A stretch of DNA of 64,000 bases from an uncultured Acidimicrobiia bacterium. GTDB lineage: Bacteria; Actinomycetota; Acidimicrobiia; IMCC26256; JAENVU01. The DNA lies in NCBI GenBank assembly GCA_963820025.1, contig CAWFYL010000007.1:652421-716420 (forward strand). The letters run 5' to 3'. The translations under genes were made by a program, and so were the position numbers. The notes under the pieces were generated by a model. The model was not told the DNA's origin. It made no database searches and saw nothing but the letters and a program-made list of their open reading frames with translations. Shown here piece by piece: positions 20,913 to 29,456 of this stretch (positions are counted from its first letter, which is position 1; each line of letters opens with the position of its first letter).

Positions 20913-21563
20913 TCAGGCAGAACCGAGCGAAGACCGGAGCGCGGCCAGCCGGACCGGGACCCGGGCCCGCTCGACGCCCTCCAACCACGCGACGAGGTCG
21001 AGCACGAGGTCCGCGGTCAGCCCGTAGATGCTGCAGGCGGCGGTGTCGATCACCTCGTTCTCGTAGAGGACCCCGTCGAGCTCGGCCACGTCGACCCGGT
21101 GCCGGGACCGGTCCGCGATCTCGTCGAGCGCGACGAGGAAGACCCGCGCGACCTCCTCGCTCGCAGGCATGAGGCGGGTGAGGTCGCCGAGGTACCAGCC
21201 GGCGACGGGGACGACGTGGTTGCGCGCCTTGCTCCAGGCCTCGTCGAGCCGCCCGAGAAGGATGACCGCGGCGGGATCGACGCCCACCTCCTCGCTCGCC
21301 TCGCGCACCGCGCCCTGCTCCGGGGTCTCACCCGGATCGATCCGGCCGCCCGGGAGCGCCACCTCACCGGCGTGCGCACGGAGGCGCGCCGACCGCTCGG
21401 TGAGCACGAGCGTCGGGCGCCCGTCGAGGCACCCGACGAGCAGGAGGACCGCGGCGCGCCGGAAGTGGTCCGGGACGGACTCGGGTGGGAGCGGGGTCGG
21501 GGCCCGGGTGCCGAGCAGCTCGAGCCGGGCCCGGGTGGTGTCGCAGGTGGTCACGGGCGGCAT
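20913..21563 (-). CDS. NUDIX hydrolase (CoA pyrophosphatase-like)
   Basis: 216 aa with Nudix box GGRIDPGETPEQGAVREASEEVGV. Confidence 0.85.
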   Translation of the reverse strand: MPPVTTCDTTRARLELLGTRAPTPLPPESVPDHFRRAAVLLLVGCLDGRPTLVLTERSARLRAHAGEVALPGGRIDPGETPEQGAVREASEEVGVDPAAVILLGRLDEAWSKARNHVVPVAGWYLGDLTRLMPASEEVARVFLVALDEIADRSRHRVDVAELDGVLYENEVIDTAACSIYGLTADLVLDLVAWLEGVERARVPVRLAALRSSLGSA

Positions 21564-21622
21564 CGTCCCACCGTGCTCGGCTGGCCGGGGTTGTTGTCCC
21601 AGGGTTGCCGTAGGATGCGAAC

Positions 21623-22655
21623 ATGCGTTCGACCGTGGATGGCCCGACGGACCCGCCGCAGGAAGGGCGGATGGACGCGCCCGCGCTGCTCGACCGGCTC
21701 CGCGGGTTGCCGACGCCGGAGCTGGAGGCGATGTTCCGCGACCTCGGCGCGCTCCACGACGCGACCGACGCGCACCGGATGCTGGTGGTCGCGGTGCTGG
21801 ACGATCGGGAGGTCGGGCGGGAGGACGGAGCGCTCGACACCACCGGATGGGTCACGTGGACGGCGCGGGTGAGCCGGGCGGGCGCGCGGGCGCTGGTCGA
21901 GACCGCTCGCGCGCTGCCGGAGCGCCCGGAGATCGCGACGGTCGCGCTCGAAGGCCGGCTGTCCGGTGAGCAGCTCGAGGCGCTCGTGCAGGTCGCGACC
22001 CCGGACACGGACGAGCAGTGGGCCGGCGACGGGCCGAGCTGGTCCGCGGGCTCCCTGCGCGCCGCGGCGCGCAACCGGCGGGCGGTGGCGACGGAGGAGG
22101 CCGTCGAGCGCGACCGGCGCCGCGAGCTGGGCTTCCGTTGGAACGAGGCACGGGGCGAGCTGCGCCTGTGGGGCCGCATCCCCGACGTCGACGGCGCACT
22201 CGTGGCGCTCGCGCTCACGAAGGGAGCGGATGCGGCCGGTCCCGATGCCCACGGCCACTGGGATCCGTTCCCGACCCGCTGCGCCGATGTGCTCGTGGCG
22301 GCGTTGTCGCGCGACGTCGCCGAGGGCGACGAGGCACCGCGTGCGACCGTGGTCGTGCACACGCCCGAGGCGGCGCTCCAGCTCGGATCCGGCGCACCCG
22401 GGGCGTACGTCGACGGTGCACGCCCACCCTCGCGTGCACTGGTCCGACGGCGGGACGACGGACCTCGACAACCTGATCCTGCTGTGCAGCCGGCACCACC
22501 ACCTGGTGCACGAGCACGGCTGGCAGATCGTCGGCGATCTCCGCCATCCGGAGGCCGTCGAGCTACGACATCCCGACGGCCGTCTCATCGCCCCGGCGCG
22601 ACCACCACCCCTGGCGCACGTGGTGCGCGAGCGCTTCCTGGTGACGACGGCGTGA
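21623..22655 (+). pseudogene. Decayed DUF222/HNH endonuclease gene (13E12-repeat-type): frame switch plus apparent internal deletion
   Basis: The N-terminal DUF222-like part is in the frame of ORF 21623..22675 (...LDDREVGREDGALDTTGWVTW...). The HNH C-terminus is in the frame of ORF 21966..22655 (HAHPRVHWSDGGTTDLDNLILLCSRHHHLVHEHGW). The junction is at ~22411-22420. The usual RRLACDA...C.FPGC segment before the HNH is missing. Confidence 0.7.
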
Positions 22656-22717
22656 CGCGAGCCCGCGCGATCTGACGCGTGCGTGACGAAACTCCGACAC
22701 CGGCGTACTGTGCCGCC

Positions 22718-23872
22718 ATGCGCCGGGAGGTGCTGGCGTGCATCGCCGGGGTCGCATGCGCGCTGGCAGGGTTGGCAGGATCCTCGTTCGTGGCCGCGAC
22801 ATCGGCCGCGGCCGTGCCCGCGTCGCCCTCGGCTGCGCCGGTGGGCGCCCTCGACAACCTCTCGGTGCGCTTCGATCCCGAGGTGCGCGTCGTGTCCGGC
22901 TGGGCCGCCGCGCCCGATGCGCCGGGGCAGCCGACGGTGGTGCGCGTCTACGTCGGCGCGCAGTTCCTGGGCCAGACGGCCTCGGGCGACGCCCGCCCCG
23001 ACGTGGCGCTCGCGCACCCGGCGTTCGGCGGGGGCACGGGCTGGCACACGACCGTCGACTTCTCGACGGTGAACCCCATCGGTAGCGGTTCGACCATGTG
23101 TGCCTACGGGATCAACCCGGGTTCGGGACCGAACTCGCTCCTCGGTTGCAAGCCGCTCTTCGGGAGCACCGCCAGCCCGTACAACCCGGTCGGGACGATC
23201 GACGTGATCATCACCTCGCCCGGCTTGATGGACGTGCGTGGGTGGGCCGGCGATCCCGACGGTGACCGCACCACCCAGATCCGCGTCCGGATCGACGGCA
23301 CGACGGTGCTCCAGCGCACCGCGGCCCTGCCCCGTCCCGACGTGCCGGCCGTGGTCGCGGGGGTGGGGCCGACCACGGGCTACCGGCTCGTGCTCCCCGC
23401 TCGCCCGGGGCGGCACACCGTCTGCATCGACGCCCAGAACACCGGTCTGGCCGGGTTGCTGAACGCGGCGCACTGCGCGGTGGCCGCAGTCCCGGACGCG
23501 AGCGCGCCCGGTGCGCACGACCCGCGCGGCAGCTTCGACACGATCGGCACGACACCGTCCGGGCACCTCACGTACTCGGCGACCGGCTGGGCCTTCGATC
23601 CGGATTCGGGCGGCCCCGTCAGCGTGGTGTTCCGGACGTTCCTCGACCCCTTCGCGATCCCGCTGTCGAGCGCGTGGCCGATCGTGACGCTCACCACCGG
23701 CGTGAGCCGGCCCGACGTCCAGGCCGTGGTCCCCGCGGCGGGGCCGAACGCCGGCTTCGACGGGACGATCGCGACGACGGACCAGGCGCGCCTCAGCTAC
23801 TCGTGCGCATACGCGGTCAACGTGGGCCCCGGCGCCGACCACTTCCTGGGCTGCAAGACCACCCCACTCTGA
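22718..23872 (+). CDS. Secreted protein composed of three tandem ~100-110 aa repeats, unknown function
   Basis: I chose the ATG at 22718 in ORF 22679..23872, with signal peptide [32 protein letters not shown]. Repeats are at 22838-23152, 23186-23476 and 23522-23857. Each carries P.G..D ... GWA..PD ... RPDV ... G(W/Y/F) ... C(A/I)(Y/D)..N ... (G/H)C. Confidence 0.75.
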   Translation: MRREVLACIAGVACALAGLAGSSFVAATSAAAVPASPSAAPVGALDNLSVRFDPEVRVVSGWAAAPDAPGQPTVVRVYVGAQFLGQTASGDARPDVALAHPAFGGGTGWHTTVDFSTVNPIGSGSTMCAYGINPGSGPNSLLGCKPLFGSTASPYNPVGTIDVIITSPGLMDVRGWAGDPDGDRTTQIRVRIDGTTVLQRTAALPRPDVPAVVAGVGPTTGYRLVLPARPGRHTVCIDAQNTGLAGLLNAAHCAVAAVPDASAPGAHDPRGSFDTIGTTPSGHLTYSATGWAFDPDSGGPVSVVFRTFLDPFAIPLSSAWPIVTLTTGVSRPDVQAVVPAAGPNAGFDGTIATTDQARLSYSCAYAVNVGPGADHFLGCKTTPL

Positions 23873-23963
23873 GCGTCACAGGAGTCGGGGGCAGGACGTG
23901 AAGCAACTATGGCATCGGCGGTCGATCCGGAGACGCGACGCGACGTCGTGTCACCATCGGGGC

Positions 23964-24571
23964 GTGAGCCGGTCAGCGGGAGGCGGCAGCGGTCGGGGCC
24001 CGCGGGTGATCGCGGGGGAGGCCGGCGGCCTGCGGCTGACCGCACCGAAGGGCACGCGCACCCGGCCGACCGCGGACCGGGTGAAGGAGTCGCTGTTCGC
24101 CGCGCTCGGGCCGGGACGGCTGCTCGGGGCGTCGGTCCTCGACCTCTACGCGGGCTCGGGCGCGTTGGCGATCGAGGCCCTGTCGCGGGGCGCCGCGAGC
24201 AGCGCTTCTCGTCGACCGTGATCCGCTCGCGGTCGACGCGATCCGGCGCAATCTCCGCACCACGAAGCTGACCGACCGGGGCCGGGTCCAGCACCGTGGC
24301 GTCGGCGCGGTCGGTGCGCGCGACCCCGCCGGCGAGCGCACCGTTCGACCTCGTGTTCTGCGACCCGCCGTACGACCTGGCGCCGGGGAAGCTCGCCGGG
24401 GTGCTCGCCGCGCTGGCCGCCCCGGGGTGGGTCGCGCCGGACGGCACCGTGGTGGTCGAGCGGGCCGCGTCGGCCGGCCCGCCGCTGCTCGCCGCGGGGT
24501 GGGGAGTCACCTGGTCCCGGGTGTACGGCGATACGCTCGTCGTCCTGGTCGCCCCCGCGACCGGGCACTGA
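23964..24571 (+). CDS. rsmD: 16S rRNA (guanine966-N2)-methyltransferase RsmD; split over three frames in the sequence as given
   Basis: Frame of ORF 23898..24221: [36 protein letters not shown]...[21 protein letters not shown]. The middle frame reads ...[22 protein letters not shown]. Frame of ORF 24296..24571 reads [13 protein letters not shown].... Junctions are at ~24193 and ~24292. The start (GTG 23964 or 24006) is uncertain. Confidence 0.8.
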
Positions 24572-24593
24572 TTGCAACCAGGAGCAGCCCCGC

Positions 24594-25088
24594 GTGGCCA
24601 CCGCACTCTGCCCGGGCTCGTTCGATCCTGTGACCCTCGGTCACCTCGACATCATCGAGCGGACCGCACGGCACTTCGACGACGTCATCGTGGCGGTCAT
24701 CCGCAACCCGCAGAAGTCCCAGTCCCTGTTCACGCTCGAGGAGCGCCAGGAGATGCTGGGCGAGGTCACGGCCCACCTCCCGAACATCCGCATCGAGTTC
24801 TTCAAGGGCCTGCTCGTCGACTTCGCCAAGGATCACGGGGCGGCGGCGATCGTGAAGGGCCTCCGCGCGATCTCGGACTTCGACTACGAGCTCCAGATGG
24901 CGCAGATGAACCAGCGGCTCTCGGGCATCGACACGTTCTTCATCTCGACGAGCCCGCAGCACTCGTTCCTGTCCTCGAGCCTGGTGCGCGAGGTGGCGAA
25001 GTTCGGGGGTGACGTCTCGAGCATGGTCCCGCCGATCGTGGCCAAGCGCCTCGACGAGCGGTTCGGGACGCCGAAGGACCGATCGTGA
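24594..25088 (+). CDS. coaD: Phosphopantetheine adenylyltransferase
   Basis: 164 aa. Sequence reads ALCPGSFDPVTLGHLDIIERTARHFDDVIVAV...KGLRAISDFDYELQMAQMN. Confidence 0.95.
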   Translation: MATALCPGSFDPVTLGHLDIIERTARHFDDVIVAVIRNPQKSQSLFTLEERQEMLGEVTAHLPNIRIEFFKGLLVDFAKDHGAAAIVKGLRAISDFDYELQMAQMNQRLSGIDTFFISTSPQHSFLSSSLVREVAKFGGDVSSMVPPIVAKRLDERFGTPKDRS

Positions 25089-25630
25089 CCGACGTCAACG
25101 AGCCGCCGTACGAGCCGCCCGACACCGAGGAGCTGCTGCTCCGGGCCCGGGACCAGCTCGAGACCGCCCGGTCGGTGCCGATGTCGGCGTCGGTGATGGT
25201 GAACCGCGACGACCTGCTCGTGCTCGTCGACGATGCGATCGCGGGTCTCCCCGAGGAGCTGCGCCAGGCCCGGTGGCTGCTCAAGGAGCGCGAGGAGTTC
25301 CTGGCCAAGGCGCGCCGCGAGGCCGAGGACATCATCGACGCCGGCCGGGCCCAGGCCGAGCGGATGGTCGAGCGCACCGAGGTCGTGCGCGAGGCGCGCC
25401 GGCGCGCCCAGCAGGTCGTCGACGACGCCGAGGCCCAGGCCCGCAACATCAAGCACGAGGCCGAGGACTACATCGACCAGAAGCTCGCCTCGTTCGAGGT
25501 CGTGCTCGACCGGACGATGCAGGCGGTCCAGAAGGGCCGGGAGCGGCTCCAGGTCGTGGTCGAGCTGCCCGAGGCCGAGGTGGTCTCCGAGGAGGACGAG
25601 GGCGGGTTCTTCGACCAGGACGAGGGCTGA
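25085..25630 (+). CDS. Conserved coiled-coil protein (ATP-synthase-b-like/DivIVA-like), function unknown
   Basis: 181 aa. GTGA overlap with the coaD stop. It is rich in A/E/R heptad-like sequence (REAEDIIDAGRAQAERMVERTEVVREARRRAQQVVDDAEAQARNIKHEAEDYIDQKL). Confidence 0.75.
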   Translation: MTDVNEPPYEPPDTEELLLRARDQLETARSVPMSASVMVNRDDLLVLVDDAIAGLPEELRQARWLLKEREEFLAKARREAEDIIDAGRAQAERMVERTEVVREARRRAQQVVDDAEAQARNIKHEAEDYIDQKLASFEVVLDRTMQAVQKGRERLQVVVELPEAEVVSEEDEGGFFDQDEG

Positions 25631-25733
25631 CCGGCCCCCACCCCCGGGGTCCGGCGGGACGCCCTCCTGCTACAATTGCTGGTCACGCCCCTGCCGGGGC
25701 GGTTTCCATCCACTCGACCGGGTTGAAAGAGCC

Positions 25734-26237
25734 ATGAGCGCCCTCCGCTGCAACGTTGCGGACCTGCTGCACCACCCGGCCGCCCGTCGACCAGTGCACT
25801 TCGAGACCGACGCGACCCAGCTCGGGGGCGTCGGTGGGGCACGCCTCGACGACCAGCCCCTGTTCGTGGAAGCGGTGCTGGAGCGCGTGCCGGACGGCGT
25901 GGTGGTCCAAGGCACTGTCCGTGGGTTCTACGCCGCGCAGTGCAGCCGCTGCCTGCGGCCGGTCCACCGCGAGGTGGTCACGGCGGTGCGCGAGCTCTTC
26001 GAGGTCGACCCGATCGAGGGCCAGACCTACCCGCTCGAGGGCGAGGAGATCGACCTCGAGCTGCCGGTGCGCGACGCGCTCCTGCTCGACCTGCCGGCGG
26101 CGCCCCTCTGCCGCGACGACTGCGCCGGGCTCTGCCCGGCCTGTGGCGCCGACTGGAACCAGCGCAGCTGCGACTGCGACATGACGATTCCCGATCCCCG
26201 GTGGGACGCGCTGCGCGAGCTCACCTTCGACAACTGA
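25734..26237 (+). CDS. YceD/DUF177 family protein (large-subunit rRNA accumulation protein)
   Basis: ATG at 25734 within ORF 25233..26237. It has C..C ... CRDDCAGLCPACG cysteine motifs and lies immediately upstream of rpmF, as in most bacteria. Confidence 0.85.
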   Translation: MSALRCNVADLLHHPAARRPVHFETDATQLGGVGGARLDDQPLFVEAVLERVPDGVVVQGTVRGFYAAQCSRCLRPVHREVVTAVRELFEVDPIEGQTYPLEGEEIDLELPVRDALLLDLPAAPLCRDDCAGLCPACGADWNQRSCDCDMTIPDPRWDALRELTFDN

Positions 26238-26249
26238 CCAGGAGCTCCG

Positions 26250-26429
26250 ATGGCCGTCCCGAAGCGAAAGACCCCGCGCTCGAAGACCCGGATGCGCCGG
26301 GCGTCGAGCTGGCGCCTCGACGCCCCGGCCCGGTCGCTGTGCCCGAACTGCGCGGCGGTGAAGCTCCCGCACACGGTCTGCGGGAACTGCGGGTGGTACC
26401 GCGGCCGCCAGATGCTCGACGTCGACTGA
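26250..26429 (+). CDS. rpmF: 50S ribosomal protein L32
   Basis: Own translation; the ORF is too short for the track. MAVPKRKTPRSKTRMRRASSWRLDAPARSLCPNCAAVKLPHTVCGNCGWYRGRQMLDVD. An RBS ggag lies at 26241-26244. Confidence 0.93.
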   Translation: MAVPKRKTPRSKTRMRRASSWRLDAPARSLCPNCAAVKLPHTVCGNCGWYRGRQMLDVD

Positions 26430-26454
26430 GCTCCACCGGCTGCGGAGCGCCACG

Positions 26455-27459
26455 ATGAGGATCGCGCTCGACGCGATGGGGGGCGACCGGGCACCGGGCG
26501 AGATCGTCGCCGGCGCGCTGGCCGCGGTGGAGCAGCTCGGCGTCGAGGTCCTGTTGTTCGGTCGCGAGGACGCGGTCCGGGCCGAGCTGCCCGACGGGAA
26601 GGAACCTGACGGCGTCGAGCTGGTGCCCTGCTCGCAGGTCATCGAGATGCACGACGAGCCGGGGGTCTCCGTGCGGACCCGCAAGGACGCCTCGGTCGTG
26701 CGCTGCGCGGAGTCGGTGCGCGACGGCCACGCGGACGCGATGGTCGGAGCCGGCAACACCGGGGCCACGATGGCCAGCGCGCTGTTGCGCTTCGGCCGGA
26801 TCCGCGGTGCGGCGCGGCCCGCGATCGCGGTGCCGATCCCGGTCCCGTTCCAGAGCCCGCACCTGTTGGTGGACGGAGGGGCCACGACGGACGCCCGGCC
26901 CGAGTGGCTCGAGCAGTTCGCGTACATGGCCCGGACCTTCGCCGAGGTGCGGGGGGTGTCCGAGCCGACCGTCGGGCTCCTCTCGAACGGGGAGGAGGCC
27001 GGCAAGGGTGACGAGCTGCGCAAGCAGGTGTTCGCCCGGCTCGAGCCGCAGCCCTGGTTCGTCGGCAACGTCGAGGGCCGCGACCTCATGACCGGCCGCC
27101 CGGACGTCATCGTGACCGACGGCTTCACCGGGAACGTGGCGCTCAAGACGATCGAAGGTGCATTGCGCGCCGCCGCCGGCCTGGTCTTCGGCATCCTCGA
27201 CTCGACGCCCGAGGCCCGGGCCGCGGGCGAGGTCGTGACGCCGATGTTGCTGCAGGGAGTGACGGACTACCTCGATCCGGACACGGTGGGTGGCGCGGCG
27301 CTGCTCGGGGTGGACGGCGTGTGCGTGATCTCCCATGGATCGTCGTCCGCGCGTGCGATGGTGAACGCGATCGGACTGGCGGTCGAGTGCGTGAAGGGCG
27401 GGGTCGTGGATCGCTTGAAGCAGGCAGTCGCGCAAAGGGAGGCCTCAGATGCCCGCTGA
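26455..27459 (+). CDS. plsX: Phosphate acyltransferase PlsX
   Basis: 334 aa. Sequence reads MRIALDAMGGDRAPGEIVAGA...GNTGATMASAL...TDGFTGNVALKT. Confidence 0.93.
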   Translation: MRIALDAMGGDRAPGEIVAGALAAVEQLGVEVLLFGREDAVRAELPDGKEPDGVELVPCSQVIEMHDEPGVSVRTRKDASVVRCAESVRDGHADAMVGAGNTGATMASALLRFGRIRGAARPAIAVPIPVPFQSPHLLVDGGATTDARPEWLEQFAYMARTFAEVRGVSEPTVGLLSNGEEAGKGDELRKQVFARLEPQPWFVGNVEGRDLMTGRPDVIVTDGFTGNVALKTIEGALRAAAGLVFGILDSTPEARAAGEVVTPMLLQGVTDYLDPDTVGGAALLGVDGVCVISHGSSSARAMVNAIGLAVECVKGGVVDRLKQAVAQREASDAR

Positions 27460-27751
27460 AACCCACTCGACCCACGACCCGGTGACCGCGGACGAGGTCT
27501 TCGGGATGGTGCGCGCCAACCTGGCCGAGATCCTCGAGATCGACGACCAGAGGATCACGCTCGACTCGAAGTTCGCCGAGGACCTCGACGCCGACTCCCT
27601 CGCCCTGATCGAGCTGGTCGAGGCGCTCGAGGAGGAGCTGGGCGAGCGGACGGTCGGGTTCTCGGTGGACGACGAGGACCTCGGCGACCTCGCGACCGTG
27701 CGTGACGCGGTCGACTACGTCGTGCTCAGGCTGGGAGGGGCAGCGGCCTGA
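27449..27751 (+). CDS. acpP: Acyl carrier protein
   Basis: 100 aa with the phosphopantetheine attachment motif DLDADSLALIELV. The start may lie further downstream. Confidence 0.85.
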   Translation: MPAETHSTHDPVTADEVFGMVRANLAEILEIDDQRITLDSKFAEDLDADSLALIELVEALEEELGERTVGFSVDDEDLGDLATVRDAVDYVVLRLGGAAA

Positions 27752-27765
27752 CGGCCGAGCCCACG

Positions 27766-28557
27766 ATGCTCCCGGAGGCGCGAGCCCGCTTCGAGGCCCG
27801 GCTGGGCTGGACGTTTCGCGACGAGCAGGGCCTGGCCCAGGCGCTGTCCCACCGCTCGTGGTGCGCCGAGCACCCGGACGAGCCGTCGAACGAGCGGCTC
27901 GAGTTCCTCGGCGACGCGGTCCTCGGGATCATCGTCACCGACTACGTGTTCCGCACCTACCCGTCGCTCCAGGAGGGACAGCTCGCGAAGGTGCGGGCGT
28001 CCGTGGTGAACGCCGAGGTCCTGGCCGACGTGGCGCTCGGGATCGCGCTCGGGCCGTGCCTGCGCCTGGGCAAGGGCGAGGACGCGTCCGGGGGCCGGGC
28101 CAAGACGTCGATCCTCGCCGACGCGATGGAGGCGATCATCGCCGCGGTGTACCTCGACGGCGGGCCCGACGTCGCCCGCGACGTCGTCATGGGGCTCTTC
28201 GGCGAGCGCATCGCCGAGGCCGCCAGCGGCCCGGGCGGCGACGACTACAAGACCCGGCTGCAGGAGCTCGCGGCGCAGCGCTTCGACAAGCTCCCGCGCT
28301 ACCAGGTGTACGACGAAGGCCCGGACCACGCGAAGCGGTTCTTCGCGACCGTGCTGCTCGGGGGCGAGCCGCACGGGTCGGGCGAGGGCGGGTCGAAGAA
28401 GCAGGCCGAGCAGGCGGCCGCGCGCGCGGCGTGGCGTTGGCTGAGCGCGCAGGCCGAGGGGGCAACTGACGGTGATCCGGGCACCGGCGAGGGAGCGCCG
28501 CCCGGAGGCACCAGGGCAGGATCAGCGATGGGGGGCACCAATGCCGGAGCTACCTGA
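27766..28557 (+). CDS. rnc: Ribonuclease III
   Basis: 263 aa with NERLEFLGDAVLG signature, catalytic ADAMEAIIAAVYLD, and a dsRBD (KTRLQELAAQR...GGSKKQAEQAAARAAW). Confidence 0.95.
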   Translation: MLPEARARFEARLGWTFRDEQGLAQALSHRSWCAEHPDEPSNERLEFLGDAVLGIIVTDYVFRTYPSLQEGQLAKVRASVVNAEVLADVALGIALGPCLRLGKGEDASGGRAKTSILADAMEAIIAAVYLDGGPDVARDVVMGLFGERIAEAASGPGGDDYKTRLQELAAQRFDKLPRYQVYDEGPDHAKRFFATVLLGGEPHGSGEGGSKKQAEQAAARAAWRWLSAQAEGATDGDPGTGEGAPPGGTRAGSAMGGTNAGAT

Positions 28558-29380
28558 GGTCGAGGTGGTGCGACGCGACCTCGAGCGCGAGGTCGTCGGC
28601 AAGAAGATCAAGGCGGTCGACGTGAGCGGGATGCGCAGCATCCGGCGCTACCGCCAGCGGAAGCAGTTCACGAGCGCGCTCGAAGGCCGCAAGATCACCG
28701 CGGTGTCGCGGCGCGGGAAGTACCTCATCCTCAAGCTGGACGACGGCAACGCCCTGATCATCCACCTCGGCATGTCCGGGCAGCTGCTCCGGGTGAAGAC
28801 GGCGCGCGAGGCCGTGGCCAAGCACACCCACGTGACGATCACGTTCACCCAGGGCGGCCAGCTCCGCTTCGTCGACCCCCGGACCTTCGGCGAGATGTTC
28901 GTGACCCCGTTCGACGGGATCGACAAGGAGGTCGACGAGCTCACCCACCTCGGGATCGACCCGCTGGAGTCCGCGATGAGCTGGGACTACTTCGGCGAGC
29001 TGCTGGCCCAACGGCACATGAAGCTCAAGGCCGCGCTGATGGACCAGAAGTTCCTGGCCGGCATCGGCAACATCTACTCGGACGAGATCCTGCACGCGGC
29101 GGGTCTGCGCTGGGACCGCATGAGCGACGAGCTCTCCCCCGAGGAGGTCCGCCGCCTCTACCGGGCGCTCGTGGAGGTGCTCCAGGACGCGGTGAAGTAC
29201 CGGGGCTCGTCGCTGGCCGACGAGCAGTACGTCGACCTGTTCGGGAACAAGGGCGAGTACCAGCTGCACCACAAGGTGTACGCCCGCGAGGGTGAGTCCT
29301 GCCTGCGCTGCCGGCACGTGATCGTGCGGGAGAAGACCGGTGGCCGCAGCACGTTCTACTGCTCCGCGTGCCAGGTGTAA
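28541..29380 (+). CDS. mutM: Formamidopyrimidine-DNA glycosylase
   Basis: ATG at 28541 gives MPELPEVEVVRRDLE... (catalytic Pro2/Glu3). It has a C-terminal zinc finger C..C...C..C. It overlaps the rnc end by 17 nt. Confidence 0.93.
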   Translation: MPELPEVEVVRRDLEREVVGKKIKAVDVSGMRSIRRYRQRKQFTSALEGRKITAVSRRGKYLILKLDDGNALIIHLGMSGQLLRVKTAREAVAKHTHVTITFTQGGQLRFVDPRTFGEMFVTPFDGIDKEVDELTHLGIDPLESAMSWDYFGELLAQRHMKLKAALMDQKFLAGIGNIYSDEILHAAGLRWDRMSDELSPEEVRRLYRALVEVLQDAVKYRGSSLADEQYVDLFGNKGEYQLHHKVYAREGESCLRCRHVIVREKTGGRSTFYCSACQV

Positions 29381-29421
29381 CCACGAGGGACCCGACCGCG
29401 AGATCCGCAGTCGCCACCCGT

Positions 29422-29442
29422 CCCGTCGCTACGCTCGACGGG
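29422..29442 (+). terminator. Weak candidate stem-loop downstream of mutM
   Basis: cccgtcg (29422-29428) pairs with cgacggg (29436-29442) around a 7-nt loop. No U-tract follows. Confidence 0.2.
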
Positions 29443-29456
29443 TCTGACCAGGGAGG

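Noticed and set aside
25671-25676. A TACAAT hexamer upstream of yceD-rpmF-plsX, and TACGAT at 15433-15438 just 8 nt before the DAK2 ATG, as -10 promoter elements (the latter would suggest a leaderless mRNA).
   Set aside because: These are single hexamer matches without convincing -35 elements or TSS data. I did not list them as features.
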